A stretch of 63,333 nucleotides of DNA, the filler included, from Octopus bimaculoides (Eukaryota): NCBI RefSeq assembly GCF_001194135.2. It is 11 parts of 10 records of this genome, joined end to end, with 100 filler letters (N's around TTAATTAATTAA, not from the genome) between each part and the next. Parts side by side here need not be neighbours in the genome. Positions count along the whole stretch, not along the records: positions 19,775 to 24,076 come from NC_068981.1; positions 24,177 to 38,386 come from NC_069002.1; 9 more parts are not named here. One strand, written 5' to 3'. Made by a program: the position numbers and the translations under genes. This document shows positions 23,731 to 35,520 of the stretch, in pieces. Under the pieces are notes generated by a model. It saw only the letters and a program-made list of their open reading frames with translations, searched no databases and was not told where the DNA came from. The stretch's first letter is position 1; each line of letters begins with the position of its first letter.

Positions 23731-25044
23731 TACATACATACATACATACATACGCACACACATACATACATACATACATACATACATACATACATACATG
23801 CATGCATGCAAACATGACGGCTGCAAAGATTAGAGCTGTTGGATAGCCGTTCCCTCACCTGAGTTCATTTGTCTCTTGACAGGTTTTGACTTTCATCCTG
23901 CAGGGAGTCCAATGAAAACCACCCTCCTTACTAAGCAGGTTTGGTAGGGTTGCCGATTTAGTCGCCAATGGCACGACTATGCGGCAAGTTGTACTGGGTA
24001 ACGTGTCATCAGTAGCACTAAGAGTGGCCTAACATACATACATATATATACATACATACATGCATACATACATACANNNNNNNNNNNNNNNNNNNNNNNN
24101 NNNNNNNNNNNNNNNNNNNNTTAATTAATTAANNNNNNNNNNNNNNNNNNNNNNNNNNNNNNNNNNNNNNNNNNNNTGGTGTTGGTTTGTTTACATTCCT
24201 GTAATCTAGTTAGTCGCCAAAAGACCCGCAAGATCAATTACCAGACTTTAGAAACTAAGTACTCGGGTCGATTTCTTCAACTAAAACCATTCAATTCGGT
24301 GCTCTAGCATGGTAGCAGACCAATGACTGAAACAAAAAAAAAAGAAAATAAAACATCCCTCTTCCATGTTTGTTTCGGGATCTTGTAGTTCACTGTTTCC
24401 GTTACATGCGTTTGCCCCAGTGCAACACTTGATACAAACGTGGCGCTTTGTGTGATTGTTCTATGTTTTATAGTCATAAATGCCGTCACGTTTTTAATCT
24501 GAATCTTCTTTTCAATCTCTTTTGTAAGACGCCATCTTGAAAGAACTACTCAACAATTATATGGACAACTAAACTTTTAAATCTGCAGGGACACACCTGG
24601 TTCTTCCAACATAACGTAAGTGAGGTGTACATTCAAAGTAGCATCGACTTTTACATCTAAAGTAATAAAAAGAAAACTTCTTTCATAAAATACAATGCAA
24701 TAAAATCAATTTCATTGAACTAACTTAAAAACGACTGTACACAGAAGATAATGTTAACAACATATTTTCATTTTCTCTCACAAAGGTCAATACATGCACA
24801 AAACAACCTGTTCCAAATGCGCTTACAGGGTGTTTGTGTATCACAAAGAGTGTTGTTTAAAAATTATGGCTGTGCAGAAAACTTATACATTCTATAGTGA
24901 CATACTCTAAAAGAAAAATGCAAGTATGTGCTAAAATACGTAGAATAAATAGAGTTATAAACACACACACACATAAATGCATACATATCTGAGCGCAGCC
25001 TCATTGGATGAAGCGAATAAAAGAAATCTTCCATCTTTCATTTA

Positions 25045-25129
<85 letters not shown>

Positions 25130-26114
25130 TCAGTCGTGTAAAAGTCCATAAGTCAGGGGAAAGACGCACATATACACACATACACAAATTCACACACACA
25201 CATATATATTATGTATCTACCCAACACCAGCTCAAGTGTTTCTAGTTCGTTAACACATGTTCAGAAGTGAAACTGTTCTTCCAGAAATATTGCGCAATAT
25301 TTATATAAACCGTCCTTATAAAAATATATTAGAAATGCAAAAAAGAAATATGAAAATAAAAAGCCTCGTTTTGATAAATAATATTGTATATAACGTATTT
25401 ACCTAATTTAACACTCTAAGAGAAGACGAGTATTGATTTTTATATATTGGAAGTTATAATAGAAATAGCTTGCGAGAGAACAATAACAGACATCTATGTG
25501 GAGAGGATGAGAGAAAGAGAGACAGGGGTGAGAAAGAGAAAAGCACAAATAAGAAGAGAATACATGATTAATATCTTTATCTCTAGAGTAAATAGTTTAA
25601 CCGTGAAATGAACCATATGAGATACCTTCTCATTGCTTACTCTCAGTCTTTCTCTCTTCCTTCTATTGTTTGTTGTCTAGATATTTCTGTTATTTCATAC
25701 ATTCTTATAAAAATCAATAAAAATCATCCCTTATATAGTAAATTAGGTAAATCTGTTAGTATTTCATATCATATCTGATATTATGTATTCATATTTTAAC
25801 TTGCATTATTCATTTGTTGCTTTTTCTACTTGACTTACATATATACTGTGAAACATTTTTGTAAAGTCTGCTTGACCTAAGAATATGTGTTAAAAAGCAA
25901 CAACAACACTAGAAATGACATACCTCGCTATTTGCAATAAAGGTAAGACTTCCCATTAGCTTCCTGTTCGTCGTTTATTGCGACGAGTATGTGATTGGAT
26001 TTTGGACTGACCGCAAAACTAACACTGACGCTAATCAGGAAACAATTCCTTGCATCATGCTCTCTGCTTCTATCTTTGCCAGTTTTTACACTTCACTTCA
26101 CCGCAAAGCAAAAA

Positions 26115-26524
26115 GCCTGTCAAGACCTACCAAAAACTGAGTAAGTATAAAGAACTTGAAATAGAAATTGGCAAAATGTGGAACCTGAAGACTAAAAGAA
26201 TGCCTATTGTCATAGGTACCCTAGGAATGATAGCAAAAGGAGTTGATTCCTACCTAGCTCAGATACCAGGAAACCCCAAAGTGAAAGAAATCTAGAAGAT
26301 AGTTTCTCATGGGAACTGCCCATATCCTATGTAATCTCAATTTTTAAAACAACCTTATAATTTTCTTGTTTTCTTAAACATTCTCTAGAACAATACTTTA
26401 TGCAAAACCAAATATATGACACCCTAGGCATAACACCAACTTGAACTTCTAACTTGTTGTTTTTTGAGGTCCCTGGGTGAAACTTGGAGCCAAGTTGTAC
26501 AAATACAAAGCAAAAGTCAAACAT

Positions 26525-26571
<47 letters not shown>
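26115..26571 (+). mobile_element. R4/Dong-like LINE 3' end with (TAA)n tail
   Basis: KLSKYKELEIEIGKMWNLKTKRMPIVIGTLGMIAKG...IPGNPKVKEI*KIV matches the RLE C-terminal KxxKYxxL..EI..MW...PIVIGALG motif; (TAA)n runs 26526-26571. Confidence 0.85.
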
Positions 26572-26574
<3 letters not shown>

Positions 26575-26696
26575 AAGAAGAAGAAGAAGAAGAAGAAGAA
26601 GAAGAAGAAGAAGAAGAAGAAGAAGAAGAAGAAGAAGAAGAAGAAGAAGAAGAAGAAGAAGAAGAAGAAGAAGAAGAAGAAGAAGAAGAAGAAGAA
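26526..26696. repeat. compound microsatellite (TAA)~15(GAA)~40
   Basis: Directly visible. Confidence 0.95.
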
Positions 26697-26739
26697 TTTT
26701 TATTTAATAATAATAATTATGAATTATAACATGTGACTA

Positions 26740-27530
26740 ACGCAGTAGCCGAATTCAAAGGGAAAAAGGAAGAACAACAAAGCAAACAAATGGAAAGAAA
26801 TGAAAGTGTATGGCCAAATCATGCAAGAAACTGAAAATTCTGGAAGGAAAGATGAATGGCTGTGGATGAGGGACGGAATACAGGAACGCTAAATATAGTT
26901 GCTCAGGAACAAACCGTTAGAACAAAGCTGATAAAGGCAAAGATCGACAAAACTCAGTCAGAGAGTAAATGTAGAATCTGAAGGAAAGGAGACAAAAGTA
27001 TAAATCACCTTTTGAGTACGATATATAATAGCATCAAATGATTATAAGCACAGATACGCATGGGGTGTTAGCCGAATGCCTGGCTTCCAAATAACAGAAA
27101 GGTGGCATGAGCACAAATCAAAGGTAGTGATAGAAATTGAGACTTGCAAGAACATGAGGGGTTTCCCCATAACGGCTGAGAATATTGCTGAAGCAAGATG
27201 AGATGATATATTCGTACAGGGCAAAATAAACAGTGCTATTCCCAATAACAGAATCAATACCAGCGAAACTGAAAAACTGGAGACATATCAATATCTAGCC
27301 AGGGAGCTGAGGAGAGTATGGAAGACCGAGACAAGAATTCTTCCTTTGGTGCACTTAGCACAACACCCAAAATTTTGATTAAGAAACTGGAAAAGATCGG
27401 AAATGAAACCTGTACTGACCACTGGCAGAAAAATTACATCCTGTATTCTGCTAGAATTCAAAGGAAATTACGTCAGGTTTGAGGAGCCTTGTCACCAAAC
27501 CTCAAAACACCTGCTGACAACATTAGCATG
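26740..27530 (+). mobile_element. second, older R4/Dong-like LINE fragment (RT end, CCHC, RLE)
   Basis: AQEQTVRTKLIKAKIDKTQSESKCRI*...SINHLLS and EKLETYQYLARELRRVWK, with many stops and frameshifts. Confidence 0.75.
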
Positions 27531-28205
27531 CACTAGCTAGTACATGTTAATGTAGTTAACAGGTGTTTTAAGGTTTGGTGACTAGCCTCAGAGGAATAGT
27601 AATAATTTTGTTTTTAAAGCACAAGAGCTCATTCATACATGCAATAGAACTTTTAAAAAATGGGGTTCGCAAAATTCTGTGGAGACGCACGAGACACGAA
27701 TTTGTATAAAAGAATAAAGGAGGAGATTTGTTAAACAATAAATATAGCAAGCTGAATATTGAACTTACTATGCAAAATTGCCATGTTTTCCATGTACATC
27801 CTTACAAATACAATAGATAACAGTGTTATCCATGTTGGGTATAATACTTGTATCTTTAATACATGTGAGTTATTACGTAAGAGCTGTTCTATTATAATTT
27901 ATTAAATCATATAAATATTAAGTTCCGGAGACATATTTCTGCTTATTTGAGAGTCCACGTAAGAGGACATCTCCGAGTTCACACTGACTCACAGCTGGAA
28001 TTTCTGAATAACAGACGTTATAATTTATATTGTGTTCTAACAACCGGTTATTAGATACGCAATAGTAAATCAGAATTTTATACACACGCATACATACACA
28101 CACATACACAGACACACATATGTATATACATATTAATATATACATATACATTCATGCATGCATACATTTATATTTATATACATATACATATATACAGAAT
28201 ATATA

Positions 28206-28262
<57 letters not shown>

Positions 28263-28977
28263 TCACACACACTTACACACGCACATTTACACGCACACGT
28301 AACAGTAAGCACTACTTTATTGCTTGAAAATGTTAATTAATTAAAACTATTTCATTGCATTCCTTTCAGCTAAACATCATCGACTATACGCCTTTGCTAT
28401 TCACTTGTTCTGGTGATATCCTGGGGATGGAACCAGCAACCCTGCAATTTATTGTCTGAAATATATTATAACGTGTCTGAAATAGCTTCCGTATATTTCC
28501 GTATTTGGAGAAAGCTTACGACATTGCGGCGTGCTTGTTTTCTTCTTTCCAGCCTTGTCTCATTGGTAATCGAAATAGCTTGAAAAGGAATTGTGTATGT
28601 TCGGGATGTGTATAGAGGGTTCAGTTATATGCTTGTGTGTGTGTTCAAACAAATGTCTATGGATATTGGTACGTGCCTGGGTGAGCATGTATCTCTGGAG
28701 GGTGGGGAAACGTTTATGTAATTGAGTTTGCTACTCAAAGAATTGGCAAACTCTCTGCGAAATTACATTGGAATCTTAATAGTTAATTGAAGTTTGGAAT
28801 TGAAATTGGGCCAATGAATACTATAGACAGACGCCGCTAATTATCATCGGCATCCGCATTTATAGAATTTGAAGAGGTCCTGCAACAGTAATACCGAGAA
28901 TAATTATAACACTGTTTCCTTTGCCGAACAAAAACGTAGTTCAATACATGTCAAGAGTAACAGCACTGAGAAATATG

Positions 28978-29036
<59 letters not shown>

Positions 29037-29200
29037 CCGTTCTATAATGCATACAAGGCCTGAAATCGCGGGGGAGGGGATTAAGTCGATTACATCGACA
29101 CTAGTACTCCAGTACTCGACACCGAAAGGCTGAATGGTAAAGTCGACCTCGGTGGAATTTGAACTTAGAACGTAAGTACAGACGAAATTCCGCTAACTTA
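29037..29200. mobile_element. SINE fragment (family D) between (TAA)n tracts
   Basis: Contains AAAGTCGACCTCGGTGGAATTTGAAC; related copies at ~22540-22620, 41180-41340 and 48480-48680. Confidence 0.6.
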
Positions 29201-29384
29201 AATATAATAATAATAATAATAATAATGACAAGTTCTTGACTCGGTGCAAAGCCACAGATTTGATGGTAACGGTATCACGACAAGAGCATCGACCTCAGAG
29301 ACTTATTCAAGACGATAGAGAGATTCTACTCCGGTGAAAGTGCTACAAATGCCACCAAAATCTGTTCCAAATCGCTGTCTAACA

Positions 29385-32300
29385 CAGTAGTTCCCAAACT
29401 TTTTTTTTACGCGAGGCGCACCTTGCAAGTAGTCAAAATATTTTGGCGCACTTTGTACATAAATTCAAAAAATTCATTCAAAAGGGATTTTATGCATAAT
29501 ACCATAGCAAAAACTATAAAGCAATATATAGATAATTAAAAATACAAACAAATTGAACATACTTGCTCTTTATTCAATATATGAGGGAAAGTTATAAATG
29601 AGAAATTGGGACGTATTTGAGAAAGACAAACCTTCATTTCTACTTCGATACCACAGAGCCTCTCTTTTTTTTTTTAGATTTGATGTTATTAAGGGCTGAA
29701 AATCCCAAATCACATAAATACGATGTGGAAAACTTCATCAAAATAGTTAAAGCTTTTTTTTTTTTTTGCTACTGGGGGGTATTCACCTACGATAGCAATC
29801 CAAAATATATCAATAGGTAACTCAGCATACTTGATTTCAAGTCTACGATCACTGGATATAGATGCCAATTCGTCTTCTTCACACATTTTCAGACCAATAT
29901 TAGATGGAATGCTTATGAAGGAATTTCAAACCCAATCATACTCTTCTGTGTTCAATGTCGTAAAATAAAAGTTTATTTTGGCTTCCAAATTTGTCAAATG
30001 TTCAAATACAATAGGAATCATTCCTTTTATGCAGCTTTTATGTATTAAGGAAGCAGTTCAAAGTTACCACCTTCAGCTCTATTTATCAAAATTACAACTT
30101 GTTTTTTAAATGAAACCATCTTGTATGTCGAAGTGAAGATGTTTTCATTTCTACCTTGCATATTTGTGTTGATGCTATTAAGTTGTGCAAATATCTCTAT
30201 CAAATATTCCAGCTTGGGAGCCCAAAATTCACATTGCAGATATTCCAAGAAGCGGTCATGTTTTTCTTCTTTCAAAAACGCATGCAATTCCTTATAGAGT
30301 TCATGTATCCACCGGTAGCATGTCTGTACTTGCATTGTTTTAAAACATACATTTTTAATCTCAGGTAGGCTCAAATGACACCGTAAGTTTACAGCTCTAT
30401 TCGGTCTGTGACTGGCCGAATAAATAGGCTCCCTGTATTACGTCCGAACAGGCTCTCTCCACTACGTCCAATTGTCACTTATATAACGTTGCTGTGGCTA
30501 TGTTTAATTCAGTTTCTTTTACTTCGTTTCTCTGAAGGATTCCCTGCTTGTAGTTTGGTTCTATTGCGTTTGCGCAGGCGTCTCACACACAGAACAACTC
30601 TCCTTCCATGTGCGCCAGCAGAATCCACCAAACTCAATGCCGTCATCTCTCATAGTTTACTAGAAACACTTCTATCAAATCTCTTTCTACACACACATAA
30701 AACACCTAATGTTTCCACGCATTCATTCACCGCTACCACACTAGAGACATCTCTATGAAACACAACTTACTTCTTTACAGAAATCTTATACAAGTCATTA
30801 ACATTGTATTTAACCCACTGCTACAATAAATTTTATAATCTTAGAGGTTGAATTGTTGTTTATATCATCGAACAGCCATCTAACACACGAACACAGTTGG
30901 GGACGTCTGTCTGTCACAATCTATTATCAACAACTCCCCTCACCGACATCGTCTCTTCACCCAACAATTATGGAGTTAACCTAACGTGAGAACAACTTTT
31001 GTAAAACTAATAACCAACGGACAACGTTAAGGTGGTAGTATTCTCAAAAAACCACTACGCTAATGAACAAGACGGTGGACACTACATTCTGTTATAGCAA
31101 CAAGATACGAAGATAGTGAATTCACCATACTGGCGATACCATCAGTAAACTAATGACCCAATCTTATATCAAATTAATGGGCTAAAAGGTCCATTAAGCA
31201 CCCTACCTCTTGAGAACCATCAGACTTTTGTGTTTAACAGTAAATACTTGTGCTGGGAATCCATATCAACTCAAATGTGTTCAAATAAGCAACACTTCAA
31301 CGGCCTAGTTTTAATATGATTAACCATTTCAGAAGCTTGGTTTAACACTTGCTTTAACTCAATCGGCATTGTTCTTGAAACTCGTACCTCCCTATGTAGG
31401 AATAAATGAGTGCGTATAACATTATGATTTTGCTGTTGTACGAGAGATACAAAACCTTTAATAGAGCCTATAATAGATGGTGCCCCATCGGTACATATTC
31501 CAACACATGAATTCCAGGATAAATTCCATTTTTTCAATGTAGGCAGATAAAATGTCAAAAATATCTTGACCTCTTGTAGTGAGTGACATTTCTTCGCAAC
31601 GAAAGAACTGATTTACGGTTGGTTATCATCAGTAAATCGAATAAAATGTAAGTAATTGTGCTTTGTTGTTAATGTCAGTTGATTCGTCAACTCGCAGAAC
31701 AAATTCTGAGTTCTGAAGTTTGTTCTCTACATTTTCCTGTATATCAGCAGATAAGTCCATAATTCTCCGATGGGTTGCATTATTTGAAAGCAGAATCATG
31801 CTTATTTCTTGCTCGGCTTCATCACCTAACATGGTTTTAACAAGCGGGCAAGATAATCGACTTGGTTAAAGTATGTGATTTCGTTTGTAATGAAATCATT
31901 TCTGCTATCTCAATAGACGCGATTGGAGCCTTTTCAGAAGCGTTCGCCCCTTTTTCAAAATAGTTTCTTTGTTTAGAATGCTATTCAAGCAGTCTTTGGA
32001 AGTACTTTAGGTCTTGACATTGAAGATGAGTTTTTAGTAATAAAATGTCTTTCCAACTTGCTGGGCAACATTCCTTCGTGAGACATTTTTTCACCACAAA
32101 CAACACGCAGCGGAAGAGGTTGATCATCGTTGCCAGTGCAATGAAACCCAAACTTTAAATAACTATTGCAATATTAAAGATTGAGTCGAACTTTCGCTTT
32201 ATTATCACAATGTTCAGTTGCTTTTGACGAACATTCTCTTTTAGATTCATAATCGTCACGCTTATATTTCGTCTTAATAAACTTGTCCTTTTTATGAGTA

Positions 32301-32550
32301 ATTTAGTCTGTTAATATAAATTGTCATACCATAATTAGCCTTATTGAACTGAATGACACAACTACCTCTCATTCTTGGTTTAGAACTTAATATTTAGTTG
32401 TTTGCCACTTAGACCTTTATATATGAAATCTCTGACGAATTTCGTTTTTTATTTTTCATGTTTTGAAATATAACCTTACTTTTTCGAGGTACACCTAATT
32501 ACATCTTGTGGCGCACCAGTGCACCACGGCGCACGATTTGGGAACCACAG
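29385..32550 (-). mobile_element. full-length decayed hAT (Charlie/Buster, ZBED5-like) DNA transposon
   Basis: TIRs CAGTAGTTCCCAAAC (29385) and rc CTGTGGTTCCCAAAT (32536-32550); 8-bp TSD GTCTAACA/GTCTAACG (29377-29384, 32551-32558). Minus-strand motifs include YLKFGF, VDESTDINNKAQLL, ICTDGAP, THxFLHRE, WFSRGRVL, LEYLIEIFAQLN and FSTSYLCDLGFS. Many stops and frameshifts. Confidence 0.92.
30321..31196. other. unclassified ~876-bp insertion inside the hAT transposase
   Basis: Transposase homology stops after WFSRGRVL (~31197) and resumes at (R)WIHELYKE (~30316). The insert starts TGT and is flanked by AGCA at 30317-30320 and 31197-31200. Confidence 0.6.
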
Positions 32551-33009
32551 GTCTAACGTCTTAAACCGAGATGATGGAGTGGATAGCGTTGATTAAGATA
32601 TAAATTAGTGGGGAATGAACGGCGTATTCTCGGCTGGGAAGTTTTCAGATTGAACTCCAGAAAAAGCTATGCATCAGCGACAGCCATTTACTCACCAGCA
32701 TGGAGAGAATCTTGAGGGTAAAAATCTAATTCTATTACAATCAGAGTACACTACCCTGCTCTTTCTCCCACGCTAATTCCACTCCGAATAGAGCACGTCA
32801 CCCAACTGTTTCCGAAGTCTAATTCTACTACAAATGGAGTATGTTGCTCTAATGTTTCTCCCAATTTGTAACACAAGATTCAAAACGGGGAGCATTTCAG
32901 AGAGAATGAAATAGTATTGCATGTATTTGTGTCATACGTGATTTCTTGATAAGGTGACGTACTGAATAAATTGGAAAAATAAAAATGTTAATTATCTTAT
33001 TTAGGGATA

Positions 33010-33039
33010 ATGATGCTGATGATGATGACGACGACGACC

Positions 33040-33078
<39 letters not shown>

Positions 33079-33090
33079 GGGGGTGCTGCT

Positions 33091-33121
<31 letters not shown>

Positions 33122-33195
33122 ATGATGACGATGACGATGACGACGACGACGACGGCGAGGACGATCACGACGACGGCGGCGGCGACGATGAGGAA
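33010..33195. repeat. compound trinucleotide tract (GAT/GAC/GCT/GGC)
   Basis: Directly visible. Confidence 0.9.
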
Positions 33196-34339
33196 GTAGA
33201 AGATGAGGGAGAAGAATATTTTTTTTGTTTTGGCGTGCAATACTTGGAGTTGCAACAGTTGCAATGTTAATTAGTTAGTTCACCGCAAGGCAGTGATGTA
33301 AAATATTAAAGCTGAGATTGGGCGAGTCGGGAAAAGCAGAGTGGTTGCGGCAGTTAAATAAAAAGAAAAGAAAAGCGGAAGAGACGCCAAATTTCTCACA
33401 TATTTCTGATTCACCAACGTCTTGGTTTTCAAATAGGACTAACCATGCCCCTGAGTCTGAAAGATTGCTTGGCGCTCGTTATATAGTGATATAAATCTGC
33501 GAAATCATTGTGTCTCCATAGCATGAAACTATTAGTAGTTCTTGTTTTAATACTGTGTACATTAACTGAGGTTTATCTCTCACTGGATGGAATACTTTTA
33601 TGTTGATCCTACCTAGAATGGAACAGCAATATGTATATATAGATATATATTTATTTATGTATTTATACATACATATATGTGTGCGTGCGTGTGTATGTCT
33701 GTGTGTGTGTGCTTGTATGTGTGTGCGTACGAGCGCGTATGTGTATGCGTGCATGTGTATGTACAACCTAGGGCTACGTTAACTGCCAATGCTATTTCTT
33801 TATCTGTTTTGTTTTTTTTTGTCAAGCTTTGTCTTCCTCTTATCTCACCTCTTAACCTTCCCTTCTCTTTCACTATAACATTCAATCTCCTCCAGCCCCT
33901 ACTTTTCTCTCTCTCTTCTCTTTAAACATTTATATTTGTAAACACCACTAAACATCTTGCATTTACCACGGTAATCTAAAAAAGGGAGGCCAAACTTTAA
34001 TCATTTAATTTGGACTTGTCGGTGGCAGCACATGCATGACGCCATGCACACATTAGTTATGAATATGGCTGGCTTGAAACAGTTGTTGTGATAGGAGAGT
34101 AAGCAGCATTTGTCTTATTTTGTTATCTGTATTTTGTTCTCCGTGCACATATATATCTGAAGATTAACTGTGTTTTTCTAGCTTCCTACCTCCATAACAG
34201 ATAGATAAGAATTGCTTTTTTTTTTATAGTTAACATTGAAGATGAAGAAGGTGGACTTGAATTCCACAATTATTCGAGTAGTTCTCTGTGTTATTTTTTC
34301 TGAGCTGATTTTGCCTTCCTGCACTCATCTGTGTGCTTG

Positions 34340-34372
<33 letters not shown>

Positions 34373-35114
34373 GTGCGTGTGTGTGTACAATTAAAATAAA
34401 GATAGAGAATTATGCATTTGCAGTTTTTATATTTACAGTCTTTTATACAATATATTTTCTTTAAACCTCTGTTCAATATATTTTACTTTTGCATGGATAT
34501 CTTGTTGAGTGGTGTCTGAAGTTTCAAACTCTGCTAGTGACAACACCTTGCATAAAACTGCAGGGGTATGTTATGAACCAGAATGAAATATGAGTGGAGC
34601 TGAACCAACGGGATGCAAATGGACATCATATAGCAACATATCAAAGTTACAAAAAAACATATGTTGGACGGGGGTTTACAGAGAATATACGGTATAAAAG
34701 GCTCTAACAATAAACACTGAGTAGCTGTATAATTCTCCTTAATCTGGGATTTATCCATCGGGTGAAATATACTGGGATTGATTACCTTAAATAGTCTCAG
34801 TTTCTTCCATATCATTCGATTGTGTTAGCCAGAACTTGGATTGTTCTACAGTAATTCAACGGTACCTGTCTCAATTTATTATCGTTATTCATTCACTATA
34901 TNNNNNNNNNNNNNNNNNNNNNNNNNNNNNNNNNNNNNNNNNNNNNNNNNNNNNNNNNNNNNNNNNNNNNNNNNNNNNNNNNNNNNNNNNNNNNNNNNNN
35001 NNNNNNNNNNNNNNNNNNNNNNNNNNNNNNNNNNNNNNNNNNNNNNNNNNNNNNNNNNNNNNNNNNNNNNNNNNNNNNNNNNNNNNNNNNNNNNNNNNNN
35101 NNTATATGTATATA

Positions 35115-35150
<36 letters not shown>

Positions 35151-35284
35151 TGTATGTATGTCCTTATTCAATTTTATCCCAAGATTTGCTGCCATCAGAG
35201 GAAGAACCGGTTTCTAACCTAGATTCAAGGCTCCTTCATTGGAATTTCTACATCAACAACAGGTTATTTTTGTTTGTATGTGTA

Positions 35285-35520
35285 TTTCGTCCCCACCCAG
35301 CTTATTCTCCAGACCTTTTGTCTACCGACTACCACTCATCAAGCACCTTGATGGTTTCCTGCGAGTGAAGGAGTTCAAAAGTGAAACTGTAGCTGAATGT
35401 GTGTTGAAAACGACCATGAGCTCCAGAACTCCAGATTTTTATGTTACCGGAATAAACAAACTTGTAAACTCGTTGGCAAAAATGTATTCATTGCAATGGT
35501 ACTTACTTTGATGAATAAAA
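35285..35520 (+). mobile_element. mariner transposase C-terminal fragment
   Basis: PHPAYSPDLLSTDYH (YSPDLAP motif), then with frameshifts FKSETVAE...PDFYVTGINKLV..WQKCIHCNGTYFDE*. Confidence 0.85.
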
